IMG/VR virus record: IMGVR_UViG_3300027877_000011
Coordinates: 1-36,468 of that record
Source of the DNA: a virus
Lineage: Duplodnaviria; Caudoviricetes
DNA: 36,468 nt
Direction: 5' to 3' (one strand)
Shown here: positions 18,589 through 29,302 of the stretch, in pieces
Numbering within the stretch: position 1 is the stretch's first letter
Layout of the letters: the number at the start of each line of letters is the position of its first letter
The notes under the pieces: model-generated
What the model was told of the DNA's origin: nothing
Seen by the model: only the letters and a program-made list of their open reading frames with translations
Database searches by the model: none
Program-made: the position numbers and the translations under genes

Positions 18589-20387
18589 GCATCCGCATCA
18601 GCCGCCCCAGTCAGGCCAGCGCCTACCCAGGTCTGGCCACCTGGAGGGCCGCCTACGGCCGCCGCCGGAGTTCTGTGGTGAGCATCGTCAGCGTCGGTAG
18701 CTCCAGCGTCTACGGCAGTGGAGCTACGACGCTGGCTGATCGGTTCGTTGACCGCGAGGCCAGCATCCTCGCCGCGGCGTCCATGACCACGACTGGGCGA
18801 CATGCGCTCGCTGGCTCCACCACGCTGGACGGCTGGACGGAGTCCGGTACGGTCACCGGAGACACCCGGGGTCTCGGCCTGGCCACCCGGCGCCTGGCCG
18901 CTGGAGCGACCCTGAGCCGCACGGACGTGTGCACGGGGTGGGATATCCACTTTGCGCAGGGCCCCGGAGCTGGCGCATTTACCGTGGTGGTGGACGGTGG
19001 TGCGCCAACCACCGTCACCCCAGACGTATCCGGTACGGCGGAGCGGCACGACGGGGTCTACTCCACCGGCGCCCTAGCCTCCACCAGTCATACCCTGCTC
19101 ATCACCGCGACCGGGGCGGTGGCGATCAACGGCGCCTACATCTGCGCTGGGGACAATACGGCCGGGGTCAGGTCCTGGTGCTCCGGTAAGGGCGGCTCCG
19201 TAGCCGCTGACTGGGCCAACGCGGACCAGTCCCTGTACCACCGGATCGCTACGCTCCGGCCCGCGTTGGTGCAGATATTGCTCGGACCGAATGATTACGC
19301 GGCGAGCGTGACTCCCGCGAGCTTCACGGCCTCGGTCAACACGATCATCAGCCGGATCCGCGCAGCGTGCTCCCCGCAGCCCAGCGTGCTGCTTATCGGC
19401 ACGTTCAAGCGCCTGGACACGATCACTCCCACCTACTCCTGGGGTGCCTACACCGGCGCCCTGTCTGGCATCGCTGCGGCCAACAGTGCATGGTGCTCGT
19501 ATATAGACATCAGCCCAGACTTTCCAGCCAGCAAGCAGGAGAACGCCGCGCTGGCCCTGGTATCCACTGCGGACTACCTGCACCAAACCTCCGCCGGGCA
19601 TCAGGCCACGGCGGAACGGATCGTCGCCGGGGCACTCATGGCCCCGGCTCCGGCGGTCGTGGTGCGGGAGCCTTTCGGGCCGCAGCAGGTGTCCGGCTTG
19701 CTGGCGGACTTCTGTGCCCAGGACCTGGTTGCCACCCTGGCGGATGGTGCTCCGGTTGCCTCCTGGACCCCCACCTGGGGTCTGGAGCGGGCCCCGCTGG
19801 TGCAGGCCACTGCGGGTCAGCAGCCCACCCTGGCCTACGGCGCGGTCAACGGCGTGGCTGCGGTTCGGTTCGCCGCGGCCTCATCCCAGGCCCTGGATAC
19901 CGGGTTGTGGACAGCCACCCGTGGCACGGCCAGCGTCGGCAAGTCTGTCCTGGTGGTGGCCAAGCCCACCGGCACCCTGGCCAGCGGGCAGACCGTATAC
20001 ACCGGCACCAGCGCGGCAAGTGTCTACGCCAAGATGCAGTACACGTCGACGACCATCGCATCGTTCGCATGCGGTGGGGATGCGGATACTGCCATCCAAT
20101 ACACCACCGCAGTGGACACCTGGCACGGGCAGGTGGCGGTGTACAACGGCGCGTCTAGCACCGTGAGCCGCCTGCCTGGCACATCCTCTGACCGGTCCGG
20201 CACCACTGGCACTGGCGCCACCGCTGGCCTGGCTGGGCTCCGCCTGGGTGGCAACATCGCCGGCTCCGGTGGCTACATCTCCATGGACCTGGCTCGGATC
20301 TGCGTCTGGGACCAGGCGCTCACCACAGACCAGATCAGCCGGCTGCTGGAGTGGGTGTCCAGCACCTACGCCATCAGCCTCACCTAA
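18585..20387 (+). CDS. SGNH/GDSL hydrolase with C-terminal LamG/ConA-like domain
   Basis: Block I VSVGSSS, block II GKGG, block III LGPND, block V DYLH; C-terminal DGAPVASW..QPT...NG..AVRF...ICVWDQALT. Confidence 0.75.
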   Translation: MSIRISRPSQASAYPGLATWRAAYGRRRSSVVSIVSVGSSSVYGSGATTLADRFVDREASILAAASMTTTGRHALAGSTTLDGWTESGTVTGDTRGLGLATRRLAAGATLSRTDVCTGWDIHFAQGPGAGAFTVVVDGGAPTTVTPDVSGTAERHDGVYSTGALASTSHTLLITATGAVAINGAYICAGDNTAGVRSWCSGKGGSVAADWANADQSLYHRIATLRPALVQILLGPNDYAASVTPASFTASVNTIISRIRAACSPQPSVLLIGTFKRLDTITPTYSWGAYTGALSGIAAANSAWCSYIDISPDFPASKQENAALALVSTADYLHQTSAGHQATAERIVAGALMAPAPAVVVREPFGPQQVSGLLADFCAQDLVATLADGAPVASWTPTWGLERAPLVQATAGQQPTLAYGAVNGVAAVRFAAASSQALDTGLWTATRGTASVGKSVLVVAKPTGTLASGQTVYTGTSAASVYAKMQYTSTTIASFACGGDADTAIQYTTAVDTWHGQVAVYNGASSTVSRLPGTSSDRSGTTGTGATAGLAGLRLGGNIAGSGGYISMDLARICVWDQALTTDQISRLLEWVSSTYAISLT

Positions 20388-20396
20388 GGAGCACTC

Positions 20397-20900
20397 ATGT
20401 CACTCAGCACCAAGCTCATGGTGTCCCTGGCGGCGCAGCAGGATAGCGCCCTGGACCTGGCTACTGCGTCCATGCCACTCCAGCTGGATCGCACGATCCG
20501 GCTGTCCAGCGGCACAGGAGCCGGCCAGGCGGACAAGGTGTGGGCTGATACCCGCACCCTGGCAGCCAGCGCCGCGGAGGACCTGGACTTGGCGGGAGTG
20601 CTGACGGACGCCTTCGGGGCGACGATCACTTTCGCTCGGGTCAAGGGCCTGATTGTCTTCGCCAGTGCGGCGAACACCAACAATGTGGTCTTGGGTAACA
20701 CGACCAACGGTGTGATCGGGTGGTTCGGCGCAGCCACTCACACGATCTCTGTCCGCCCCGGTGGTCTCCTGGTTCTGGCTGCCCCGGACGCGACCGCGTA
20801 CGCGATAACCGCGGGCACCGCTGACCTACTCCACGTCGCTAACAGCTCCAGCGGTACCAGCGTCTCCTACGACATCGCCATCATCGGCGCCTCTGCCTGA
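20397..20900 (+). CDS. Putative virion structural protein
   Basis: AAGGAG RBS; DLDLAGVLTDAFG motif; in head operon. Confidence 0.6.
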   Translation: MSLSTKLMVSLAAQQDSALDLATASMPLQLDRTIRLSSGTGAGQADKVWADTRTLAASAAEDLDLAGVLTDAFGATITFARVKGLIVFASAANTNNVVLGNTTNGVIGWFGAATHTISVRPGGLLVLAAPDATAYAITAGTADLLHVANSSSGTSVSYDIAIIGASA

Positions 20901-21262
20901 TGCCGTACGCCACTGAGGCCGATCTTGCCGCCGTTTTGGGCAGCGTCCCTGCTAGTGCGAGCGTCCTGCTCACCCGTGCCAGCAGGGACGTGGATACGGC
21001 GCTGCTGTGCGCGGTGTATGACCCTGCTGATCCGGATACCGTGGCAGCCCTGCGGGATGCTGTGGTGGAGCAGGTCGCGGGCATGATCGCCGCCGGGGAC
21101 CCCAAAGGCCTGGGTGGCAGGCGGTCTGGTTTCAGCATCGGTGGGATCTCTTACCAGGCCTCCGCCGAGTCTGGGCCGCAGAAGATCGGCAGGCTGTACA
21201 CCCAGGCATACGCGGTCCTCCAGGCGGCCGGACTGACCGGCTACGGACCCCAGGACATCTGA
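20900..21262 (+). CDS. Head-to-tail adaptor
   Basis: YATEADL, RASRDVD, DAVVEQV, SIGGISY. Confidence 0.75.
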   Translation: MPYATEADLAAVLGSVPASASVLLTRASRDVDTALLCAVYDPADPDTVAALRDAVVEQVAGMIAAGDPKGLGGRRSGFSIGGISYQASAESGPQKIGRLYTQAYAVLQAAGLTGYGPQDI

Positions 21263-21594
21263 TGACCTGGGAGGACTTCTGTGCTGAGTGCCTGCCGGAG
21301 CCGGCCACCGTCGTCGTGGAGGCGCATCGTGGCGAGGGCCCAGTGGGGCCGGTGTGGGACCAGGCGCAGCAGGTGCAGCCCTGCTACCTGGACGCCGGAC
21401 GGAAGCTGGTCCGCGCCCCTGACGGCAGCCAGGTGGTGTCTGAGGTGCGGGTGTTTGCCCCCGCTGCGACCACGGTGCCGGTCGGGTCCCGGGTCACCCT
21501 GCCCGGCGGCACCACAACCACCGTGATCAGCGCCAAGCTCCACAACGCTCACGGCCTGGACCTGCCGGAGCACATGGAGGTGGCCTGTGAGTAG
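21262..21594 (+). CDS. Head-to-tail stopper
   Basis: RKLVRAPDGSQVVS, GSRVTLP; synteny. Confidence 0.75.
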   Translation: MTWEDFCAECLPEPATVVVEAHRGEGPVGPVWDQAQQVQPCYLDAGRKLVRAPDGSQVVSEVRVFAPAATTVPVGSRVTLPGGTTTTVISAKLHNAHGLDLPEHMEVACE

Positions 21595-21937
21595 CGGCGC
21601 TGAGCTGGAGTGGCATGGGGACCAGGTCATGGAAGCCATCCGCGCAGCCACGGCCAAGGGCCTGACGCTCGCCGCCGAGCACCTGCTCCAGACGAGCCGC
21701 GAACTCGTCCCGATCGAGGAGGGCACCCTGGAGCGGTCCGGCGTAGCCACCGTGGATGAAGCGCAGCTCAAGGCCGCAGTCAGCTACGACACCCCATACG
21801 CGGTGCGGCAGCATGAGGAGTTGGACTGGCGCCACGACGATGGCCGCCAAGCGAAATTCCTGGAGCAGCCGGCCGCGACCGAGGCGGACACCATGGCGGA
21901 GATCATCGCCTCCCAGATCCGCAGGGCCCTGGGATGA
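21587..21937 (+). CDS. Neck protein (HK97 gp10-like)
   Basis: VPIEEGTLERS, YDTPYAVRQHE, AKFLE. Confidence 0.8.
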   Translation: MSSGAELEWHGDQVMEAIRAATAKGLTLAAEHLLQTSRELVPIEEGTLERSGVATVDEAQLKAAVSYDTPYAVRQHEELDWRHDDGRQAKFLEQPAATEADTMAEIIASQIRRALG

Positions 21938-22383
21938 GCCGGGGTTGGACCACCCAGCTCCTGACCGGTCTGGCAGAGCACCTGGCCGCCGGCGGTGCTG
22001 GGGTGTGGCATGACCCGGATGGGGTCATGGAGCCCTACGCCGCCGGCGACACGGCCATCGTCCTGGGCGCTATGCCGCCCGAACCGGAGCGTGTGGTCCT
22101 GATAAGCCCCTATCCGGTGTCCTCAGACACTGGCCAGGACAACGTGATCATGGGTGTCCAGGTGCGCGTACGCGCGGGGAGCGATCCCCGGGACGCGATT
22201 GACCTGGAGGACGCCGTCTATGACCTACTCCACGGGAAGACGCATCTCACCCTGGGTGGGGTGGACGTGGTCCAGATCCTCCGCCAGTCCAGCACCAGTC
22301 TGGGGCAGGCCAGGGACCAGAGCGCCCGCTGGGAGCGCTCCAGCAACTACTACCTGTGGGCCATGCGGCCCTGGAAGGAGTAA
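21934..22383 (+). CDS. Tail terminator
   Basis: QVRVRAG...VYDLLHG; precedes tail tube. Confidence 0.75.
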   Translation: MSRGWTTQLLTGLAEHLAAGGAGVWHDPDGVMEPYAAGDTAIVLGAMPPEPERVVLISPYPVSSDTGQDNVIMGVQVRVRAGSDPRDAIDLEDAVYDLLHGKTHLTLGGVDVVQILRQSSTSLGQARDQSARWERSSNYYLWAMRPWKE

Positions 22384-22386
22384 CCC

Positions 22387-22842
22387 ATGAGGTCGATAAC
22401 AGCGCTGGCCAGGCGATTCAGGTTGGACGTCAACACCGGCACCGAGGGCGCACCGGTCTGGGTGCAGGTTGGGAACGTCTACGACCTGGAACTCAAAAAG
22501 AAGGCCACCATCCAGAAGTCCCAGGACTACGACGACGGTGGTGCTGAGGGCAACCAGAAGACCGGCTACAGCTGGGCCCTCAACTTCGCAGTCCGCCGGG
22601 CTGTCAGCGTTGCTGGGGCCTACGACGTGGGCCAAGAGGCGATCCGAGTCAAGGACAAAGAGCTGGGTGCGGCGAATATGGCCCAGGTTCGCTGGTACGA
22701 CCGGACTACCGGGGAGGAAGGCGTCTCCGGTTGGGGATGTGTTGAGTGGAGCGACGATAAGGGCAAATCGGATGACCTGGCCAGTGCCTCCATAACCCTC
22801 ACTGGCAACGGCCCGCTCACAGACATCGCCAGCCCGCTGTGA
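22387..22842 (+). CDS. Major tail (tube) protein
   Basis: ARRFRLDV, DYDDGG, DVGQE, VRWYDR, ITLTGNG. Confidence 0.8.
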   Translation: MRSITALARRFRLDVNTGTEGAPVWVQVGNVYDLELKKKATIQKSQDYDDGGAEGNQKTGYSWALNFAVRRAVSVAGAYDVGQEAIRVKDKELGAANMAQVRWYDRTTGEEGVSGWGCVEWSDDKGKSDDLASASITLTGNGPLTDIASPL

Positions 22843-23363
22843 GAGACCTGGGCAGCCTGGATGACTACCTGGTTGGGGAGCTGCTCCCTGGCTTGCGGTT
22901 ATCCGTCCTGGGCAGGCGGTACACCGTGGATCCGGTACCCGCCGCCGTGGGCCTGTGGTGTCAGCGCCTGGTGGCCGCCAGCGACCGGATCCGCCGCGCC
23001 GCAGATGACCACGACCGCATCCGCCATGAGGCGGAACGAGACCGCATCATCGAGAGCATCCCAGACGGCCTGACCTACTCCGAGTGGCTCATCGGCAAGG
23101 ACCTCCACCGGCGCCTGGTGGACGATGGCGTGGACGGCCACCGTATCGCCATCATCACCAGCACAGTGATGATCTGGGTCACCGCCGGCGATGACGCCGC
23201 CGAGCGATTCTGGCGGGCGGGTGGCCGCCCGGAACCACAGGGCCCGAAGAACCGGGCCCAGCGCAGAGGGACCCGCTCTGGAAATACGGGCGCGGCGAGT
23301 ACGACGAGTACACCGGCCTCTGGGAGTGGTACGACGTCCCGGAGGAAGCGCTCCCAGAGGTAA
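22839..23363 (+). CDS. Tail assembly chaperone (G-like)
   Basis: Between tube and tape measure; low-complexity tail after RPE/NRAQRR. Confidence 0.75.
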   Translation: MRDLGSLDDYLVGELLPGLRLSVLGRRYTVDPVPAAVGLWCQRLVAASDRIRRAADDHDRIRHEAERDRIIESIPDGLTYSEWLIGKDLHRRLVDDGVDGHRIAIITSTVMIWVTAGDDAAERFWRAGGRPEPQGPKNRAQRRGTRSGNTGAASTTSTPASGSGTTSRRKRSQR

Positions 23364-23572
23364 GGGGCGGCGGGGGCAACATGGTCACCTGGGAGGAGAT
23401 CCTCCACCAGTGGCCCGCCGTGCTGTGCGACCTGCACTCCGAGTACGGCATAGACCTGGACCGGCACCTGCTCCTGACCCGCACCTGGGCGTGGCTACGA
23501 GCCCGGATCCTGGGCCTACTCCAGGCAGACACCCGCACCCACCGGGCACTGAGACCACCAGAGGAGGGCTGA
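23195..23572 (+). CDS. Tail assembly chaperone -1 frame extension (T-like)
   Basis: -1 frame open from 23195; encodes ...[21 protein letters not shown]...W..IL..W.....DL...YGIDL. Confidence 0.7.
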   Translation, partial: RRRAILAGGWPPGTTGPEEPGPAQRDPLWKYGRGEYDEYTGLWEWYDVPEEALPEVRGGGGNMVTWEEILHQWPAVLCDLHSEYGIDLDRHLLLTRTWAWLRARILGLLQADTRTHRALRPPEEG

Positions 23573-23573
23573 C

Positions 23574-25217
23574 ATGGCACTGGATCTGGGCGAACTCAGT
23601 ATCACCATTAGCGCTGATGGTGGAGCGGCTGAGGCTGGGCTGGATGACGTGCGGGCCGCAGCGAAGCGCGCCGGAGACCAGGCCGCTGAGGCCTTGGGCG
23701 ATCGGGTGGCCGCAGCGGCGGACCAGGCCGGGGACGCCATGCAGGACACCGCCGCATCAGGGCGGACCATGTCGGAGCGCATGGGAGACGTTGGTAACGC
23801 CGCCACCGGGGTCATGGACGCTGTTGGCGGCGCCGCTGATGCGCTCCAGGCCATGGCGGACATGCAGGACCTAGCCAGGCAGCGCGCACAAAGAATGAAA
23901 CAGGCCCAGGTCAATGTGGCTCAGGCCTATGAGGATATTGAACAGGCGGCCATAAACGCCCGCCAGGCTGTCATTGATTACGACCAGGGCGTACTCAATG
24001 GCAAGCAAGCGGCTGTAGACGCCACCCAGGCCAGTCTGAACCTAAAATCAGCTCAGGCAGATGAGGCCGACGGCAAGAAAGCCCTGTCGGAAGCCATTGC
24101 TGAATACGGCAAAAATAGTGCGGAGGCTAGGGACGCGCAGTTAGCCATTGAGCAGGCTCAGATTGATGGCAAAAATGCCATACTGGAGCTTGATCAGGCG
24201 AATCTGGACGGCACTCAGAGTCTCAATGAGCAGGCACAAGCTCTGGCGGATGGGCGCCAGGAGGTAATCAACAACAAGCAGGCATACATTGACCTATCTG
24301 ATGCCCAGCATGATGCCAAACCTCCCACCACACTGGCGCAGTGGGGTGAGACTGCGGGCCTAGTAACGCCCATGGTCAACGGCCTGGTGGGTGTGATCGC
24401 CCTGGCCGCCATGGCCCAGACCGCACTTAATGCCGCCACCATAAAATCCACCGCATCAATGGTGGCGCAGAAGGTGGCCACTATGGCCGGAGCCGTGGCA
24501 TCGGGTGTGATGGCCGCCGCCCAATGGCTCCTCAATGCCGCCATGGCAGCCAACCCAATAGGCCTGATAGTCATCGCTATCCTCGCCCTGGTGGCTGGAT
24601 TCATATACCTGTGGAACAATTGTGAAGGATTCCGCAAATTCTGGGTTAGGCTCTGGGACTGGATTAAGGACGCTGCCGGGGCGGTTGGGCGCTGGTTTAG
24701 TGGCCCATTCTTGGACTTCTTCAGCAACGCGTGGAAGTGGATTGTTGATAAATGGGATTCACTGGTGTCGTTTGTGAAGGGTATTCCCGGCAAGATAACA
24801 TCAGCCGCCAGTGGAATGTGGGATGGGATTAAGGACTCATTCCGAGGAGCCATCAACTGGATCATCGCGAAGTGGAATAACCTCAGCCTCACCATCGGTG
24901 GGGGCTCGATCATGGGACAGAACATCCCCAGCGTCACCCTGAACACCCCGAACATCCCCTACCTGGCCACTGGTGGTGACATCGCCACCGCCGGTATGGC
25001 GTGGGTGGGCGAGCGTGGCCCGGAGCTGCTGTCCCTACCTGCGGGCGCGCGCGTGACCCCCCTGGGCCAGGCTGGTAGCACTGGTGGTGCCACCAAGGTC
25101 GACCTTGGTGGCGGTTTCAAAGTTGAGCATGAGTGCCCGTCCTGCCGCATCACACACCTCCGGCAGTACGTGGCGGCTAGGGGCGGTAACGTCCAGGGCG
25201 TCATCGGGGCAGCCTGA
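23574..25217 (+). CDS. Tape measure protein
   Basis: Ala/Gln helical region, [17 protein letters not shown], Trp-periodic repeats, [16 protein letters not shown]. Confidence 0.9.
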   Translation: MALDLGELSITISADGGAAEAGLDDVRAAAKRAGDQAAEALGDRVAAAADQAGDAMQDTAASGRTMSERMGDVGNAATGVMDAVGGAADALQAMADMQDLARQRAQRMKQAQVNVAQAYEDIEQAAINARQAVIDYDQGVLNGKQAAVDATQASLNLKSAQADEADGKKALSEAIAEYGKNSAEARDAQLAIEQAQIDGKNAILELDQANLDGTQSLNEQAQALADGRQEVINNKQAYIDLSDAQHDAKPPTTLAQWGETAGLVTPMVNGLVGVIALAAMAQTALNAATIKSTASMVAQKVATMAGAVASGVMAAAQWLLNAAMAANPIGLIVIAILALVAGFIYLWNNCEGFRKFWVRLWDWIKDAAGAVGRWFSGPFLDFFSNAWKWIVDKWDSLVSFVKGIPGKITSAASGMWDGIKDSFRGAINWIIAKWNNLSLTIGGGSIMGQNIPSVTLNTPNIPYLATGGDIATAGMAWVGERGPELLSLPAGARVTPLGQAGSTGGATKVDLGGGFKVEHECPSCRITHLRQYVAARGGNVQGVIGAA

Positions 25218-27973
25218 TGGCCTACATCCCGGGCTCGCCGGCTGTGGTGCACCTGCAGATGGCCTTTGGTGCGGACCTAACCCAGGATCCCAGCACCTGG
25301 ACATGGACTGAGGTCACCAGCTACTGGGAGGCCTCACAGCCGGTCACCGTCACGGACGGGCGCAGTGAGGGCGCTACCCAGGCGGAGAGCCTCACCGCGA
25401 CCCTGACCGTGAAGTGCACGGACGGTGTTCTCATGCCGGACCAGCCGGAGAGTCCCTACTGGCCGTATGTGGCTGAGGGCACCCCGGTGTGGATGACCGT
25501 GGACGCCGGCGCTGGCGCGTACAGCCTCATCCGGGGCTACATCTCCGCCCTGGCCCTGGTGTGGCCAGGGCGGTCAGAGGTGTTGGCCTGGACCCAGCTC
25601 ACCATCCGGGGTGTCCTGGACCGCCTGGGCCGGGGCGCAACCCCGCTCCGGCTGCCCCTGGAGCGGGCAATCCTCCGCGACACACCAGTGGAGTACTGGG
25701 CCCTGGCAGAGAAGGCGGGCGTCATCCAGGCCAGCCCTGGCGTTGCCGGGGGCACTCCCATGGCCGTGTCCGGCACACCACAGTGGGAGCAATTGGAGGG
25801 ACTGCCCGGGTTCCCTGGGGCCTATCCGGTGTATAAGACCTCCGCCGGCACCCTGGGCATCCTGTCCGCCCCGGTGACCATGGCTGCTACCACCGTCTGG
25901 GCGGTGGAGGTGCAGCTGCACGTGACCACCATCCAGACAGCGGATGCCATCGTCTACCCGCTCGGATGGTCCACCACGGGATCGCATCCATGTTGGTACA
26001 TGGAATATTTCTGGAATGACTCCGCCAGCGAAGAGTGGATCTCAGTCCAACACAAAACGTACTGGGGATCGGGCACCAGCTACGGCCCAACCTGGGTGGC
26101 CCCCGTAGGCTCTTTCGCCGGCTCCTGGCGCAACATCCGGATTGTCTGTCAGGCCAGTGGCTCTGACATGATCACCTACCTGTATGTGGAGGGGACCCTG
26201 CGGGACTCCCGCACCAGCGCCGGACTGGCTCCAGGCGCCGTCACCGGGCTAACCACCAGCCCACCAGTAGCCTTTGGTGCCACGCCCATGACGGAATATG
26301 GGGTGATCCAGGTGGGGATGGCCCACCTGGCCGTCCACCGGGACGCCACCACGGACAAGCACTTCGCCGCCCATGGGTTCAATGGGGAGGCAGCCGCCAA
26401 CCGGGTCCTGCGCCTCTGTGATGAGGAAAACGTTCCATGCGCCATTTACTCTGGCACCTCCGCCCCAATGGGTGTGCAGACAGCCGCCCCTCTCCTGGAC
26501 CTACTCCGGGAATGCGAGGCGGTCGACCTGGGGCGCTTGGCCGAGTTGGCATTTGGCCTCACGTACCGGCCTCGCAGTGCCCTGTACAACCAGACTCCCG
26601 TGTTATTCCTGGCTGCTGGGCAAACCGCGGATCCGTACGCTCCGGTGCGGGATCTCAGCCGACGACGGAATGAGGCCCAGGTCACGCGCACGGGCGGGGG
26701 CACGCGCACCTACCTGGACGCAGCAGATCAGCAGCAGGCCGGCCGCCTGGATGACAGTGCCAGCGTCAATGCCCTGAGCGATGACCAACTCCTGCCCCTG
26801 GCCGAATGGAAGGTGGGCCTGGGAACGGTTGGGGGTATGCGGTACCCATCCCTCTCCGTGGACCTGGGACGCCATACGGACCTGATGAGCGCCTGGCAGC
26901 TGCTGCGCCTCGGTGACCGGGTCCAGGCGCAACCACCGGTCACACCCCACCCACCCGGTGTGCTGGATCAACTGGTGGAGGGCCGTACTCAGACCCTGCT
27001 GGGGCGCACTGAGTGGACGGTCACTATGGTCTGCTCCCCCGCCCGCCCGTATGACGTGTGGGTCGTGGAGGGCGAGGCGAACGCAGGTAGGTTGGACAGT
27101 GGATCCCACCTCGAGGTCTACGCAGGACCAGCCAGCACCATGCTTTCCGTTACCACCAACACCGGACCGGTGCTGGCCACTTCTGCCGCATACCCCGCGG
27201 ACTTCCCCCTGGACCTGGAGATAGGCGGGGAGGAGGTGACCTGCTCCGGTGTTTACGGCACCGGGGACACCTCCTGGAGGGTGGCCGGCCTAGCGGACCA
27301 CGACGACAATGCGTCCCTGACCCCGGGGATGCCCACTGGCTGGCAGCCTGGGGATCTCCTGGTGCTCCTCGCCGCGATCCGCAACAGCCCCGTTGGCTAT
27401 CCGGAGACCCCCACCGGATGGACGCTCCTCGGCGATGCGGTCAACCTGCGGCTGTTCGGGCGGGTGGCGCGGCCTGGAGACACGGCACCCACTGTCACCT
27501 TCACTGGTGGGGCTGCTGGGGACAGCGTCTCCGCCCGGATCGTGGCGATTCCCGGGGCCACGACGCGGGTCCTGGCGACCGCCCAGGCGCTCAATGCTGC
27601 GGACCAGGATGTGATCACCCCGGATCTGGTCGCGCCGACGCGCTCCGTGGTCCTGATGGCCATGTGGAAGGCGGATGACGCCTCGGCCATCGCCGCCCCG
27701 GCGGCACTGACCTTGGGATACGCGACCTGGACGTCGTTGGGGGACGATCAGTCCATCGCCATGGCGTACAAGATCACCACGGGTACGGACACCCTGATGC
27801 CCAGCAGTTTCACTGTCACCGGTGGTGGTGCGGCCATCAGCCGCTCCCTGGCCGTAGCCCTGGCCTGCGACTCCCAGGCCGTAGCCGTAGCCCGCGGCGT
27901 CAACGGGGTCACCAAAGACCACTACATCGGTACACCGCTGCGGCTCTGGAAACCCGGCCAGATCGCCCTCTGA
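25217..27973 (+). CDS. Large minor tail / baseplate protein
   Basis: 918 aa after TMP; WTEVT, LamG-like segment, RGVNGVTK.H C-terminus. Confidence 0.8.
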   Translation: MAYIPGSPAVVHLQMAFGADLTQDPSTWTWTEVTSYWEASQPVTVTDGRSEGATQAESLTATLTVKCTDGVLMPDQPESPYWPYVAEGTPVWMTVDAGAGAYSLIRGYISALALVWPGRSEVLAWTQLTIRGVLDRLGRGATPLRLPLERAILRDTPVEYWALAEKAGVIQASPGVAGGTPMAVSGTPQWEQLEGLPGFPGAYPVYKTSAGTLGILSAPVTMAATTVWAVEVQLHVTTIQTADAIVYPLGWSTTGSHPCWYMEYFWNDSASEEWISVQHKTYWGSGTSYGPTWVAPVGSFAGSWRNIRIVCQASGSDMITYLYVEGTLRDSRTSAGLAPGAVTGLTTSPPVAFGATPMTEYGVIQVGMAHLAVHRDATTDKHFAAHGFNGEAAANRVLRLCDEENVPCAIYSGTSAPMGVQTAAPLLDLLRECEAVDLGRLAELAFGLTYRPRSALYNQTPVLFLAAGQTADPYAPVRDLSRRRNEAQVTRTGGGTRTYLDAADQQQAGRLDDSASVNALSDDQLLPLAEWKVGLGTVGGMRYPSLSVDLGRHTDLMSAWQLLRLGDRVQAQPPVTPHPPGVLDQLVEGRTQTLLGRTEWTVTMVCSPARPYDVWVVEGEANAGRLDSGSHLEVYAGPASTMLSVTTNTGPVLATSAAYPADFPLDLEIGGEEVTCSGVYGTGDTSWRVAGLADHDDNASLTPGMPTGWQPGDLLVLLAAIRNSPVGYPETPTGWTLLGDAVNLRLFGRVARPGDTAPTVTFTGGAAGDSVSARIVAIPGATTRVLATAQALNAADQDVITPDLVAPTRSVVLMAMWKADDASAIAAPAALTLGYATWTSLGDDQSIAMAYKITTGTDTLMPSSFTVTGGGAAISRSLAVALACDSQAVAVARGVNGVTKDHYIGTPLRLWKPGQIAL

Positions 27974-27982
27974 GGAGCCAGT

Positions 27983-28504
27983 ATGGTCACATCACTCCCA
28001 GCCCTACACATCCCAACCGCCGCAGAATTGGCGGAGATCACAGATGGGGTCACCGCGCACGACGAGGGGATGGTGGATGCCTGCCGCGTCACCATCAACC
28101 CGATCATCGCTGCGGCAACATTCAGCCCCACCGAAATAAACCTACCCAGGCTGGCACTCACGGGAACCATCACCACAGGTTGGACGTACTTGCTGACCGG
28201 GCAGCTGGTCCACCAGTGCACCACCACGGACACTGAGCTCAGTATCCGCATCCGGCACACCACGCCGGTGACGGGTACCCAGATCGGTGCCGTGCGCCTG
28301 GCCAGGTCGCCGTACACGGGAGCCGGTCGCCTGGTGACGTGGTCCATCCCGTGGAAGGCCACTTTCTCCGGCGCGGCCAGCATCTTCCATTCGGCGCTGC
28401 GCACCACAGGTACCGGCACGACCACCTTGGAGGGCGGCGAATTCACGTTCGCCGGCATGTACCTCATTGACCGCAGTGGGTACATCCGTACTGTGAGTAG
28501 CTGA
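27983..28504 (+). CDS. Minor tail protein
   Basis: GAGGAG RBS; Thr-rich; position. Confidence 0.6.
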   Translation: MVTSLPALHIPTAAELAEITDGVTAHDEGMVDACRVTINPIIAAATFSPTEINLPRLALTGTITTGWTYLLTGQLVHQCTTTDTELSIRIRHTTPVTGTQIGAVRLARSPYTGAGRLVTWSIPWKATFSGAASIFHSALRTTGTGTTTLEGGEFTFAGMYLIDRSGYIRTVSS

Positions 28505-28513
28505 GGAGACCCC

Positions 28514-29302
28514 ATGGCCCAGTGGGCAGATATAGCCACTTGGCGTGGCACCAACAACCACGGCGGAGCCATGCGGCAGCACCGCGGGGTGGTGCTACAC
28601 ATCGCCGAGGGGACCTATGAGGGCACCATCAGCTGGTGCCAGAACCCCAACTCCCAGGTCAGCGCCCACTTCGTGGTGGCGAAGGACGGGCGGATAGCCC
28701 AGTTGGTGGATACCGGCACCCAGTCCTGGTGCCAGAGTGCGGGAAACCCGTACTGGCTGAGCATCGAAAACGAGGGCCATGGCGGGGACGCGCTCACCGA
28801 CGCCCAGGTGGAGGCCTGCGCCCGGATCCTCGCCCGCGCACGCCAGGTCCACGGGGTTCCACTCCAGCTCGCCAACAGCCCGGACGGACACGGCCTGGGC
28901 CACCACAGCATGGGCGGAGCGGCATGGGGCGGCCACTACAGCTGCCCCGGCGATCCGATCATCGCCCAAAAGCCGCAGATCATCACCAGGGCCTGTGCTC
29001 TGGTGGAAGGAGGAGACGACATGGCCAGCATGGCCGAACAGATAGCGGCAATGATGATGGGGATGCCGCAGGCTCCGGATGGATCCCCGATATGCCCAAC
29101 CAGGTGGCAGATCGCCACTGAAAAGCATCAGGCAAAGGTGGAGGCGACGCTGGCAGTGCTGGCGAAAGCCCCTGCTCCGGTAGCTCCAGTGGCCCTGACG
29201 GAGCAGGATCGGCAGGCCATCATCGCCCAGATCTCCGCCCAGGTCCTGGCTGGGGTGGAGGACACCGTCCGGCGGGTGCTGGGCAGTCTGGACAACCGGT
29301 GA
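28514..29302 (+). CDS. Endolysin, N-acetylmuramoyl-L-alanine amidase (Amidase_2-like)
   Basis: VVLHIAEG, SAHFVV, SIENEG, HH...HYSCPG zinc-amidase motifs. Confidence 0.9.
   Translation: MAQWADIATWRGTNNHGGAMRQHRGVVLHIAEGTYEGTISWCQNPNSQVSAHFVVAKDGRIAQLVDTGTQSWCQSAGNPYWLSIENEGHGGDALTDAQVEACARILARARQVHGVPLQLANSPDGHGLGHHSMGGAAWGGHYSCPGDPIIAQKPQIITRACALVEGGDDMASMAEQIAAMMMGMPQAPDGSPICPTRWQIATEKHQAKVEATLAVLAKAPAPVAPVALTEQDRQAIIAQISAQVLAGVEDTVRRVLGSLDNR

Noticed and set aside
25217-28504. Diversity-generating retroelement or invertible tail-fibre system
   Set aside because: No reverse transcriptase or invertase ORF and no template/variable repeat pair noticed
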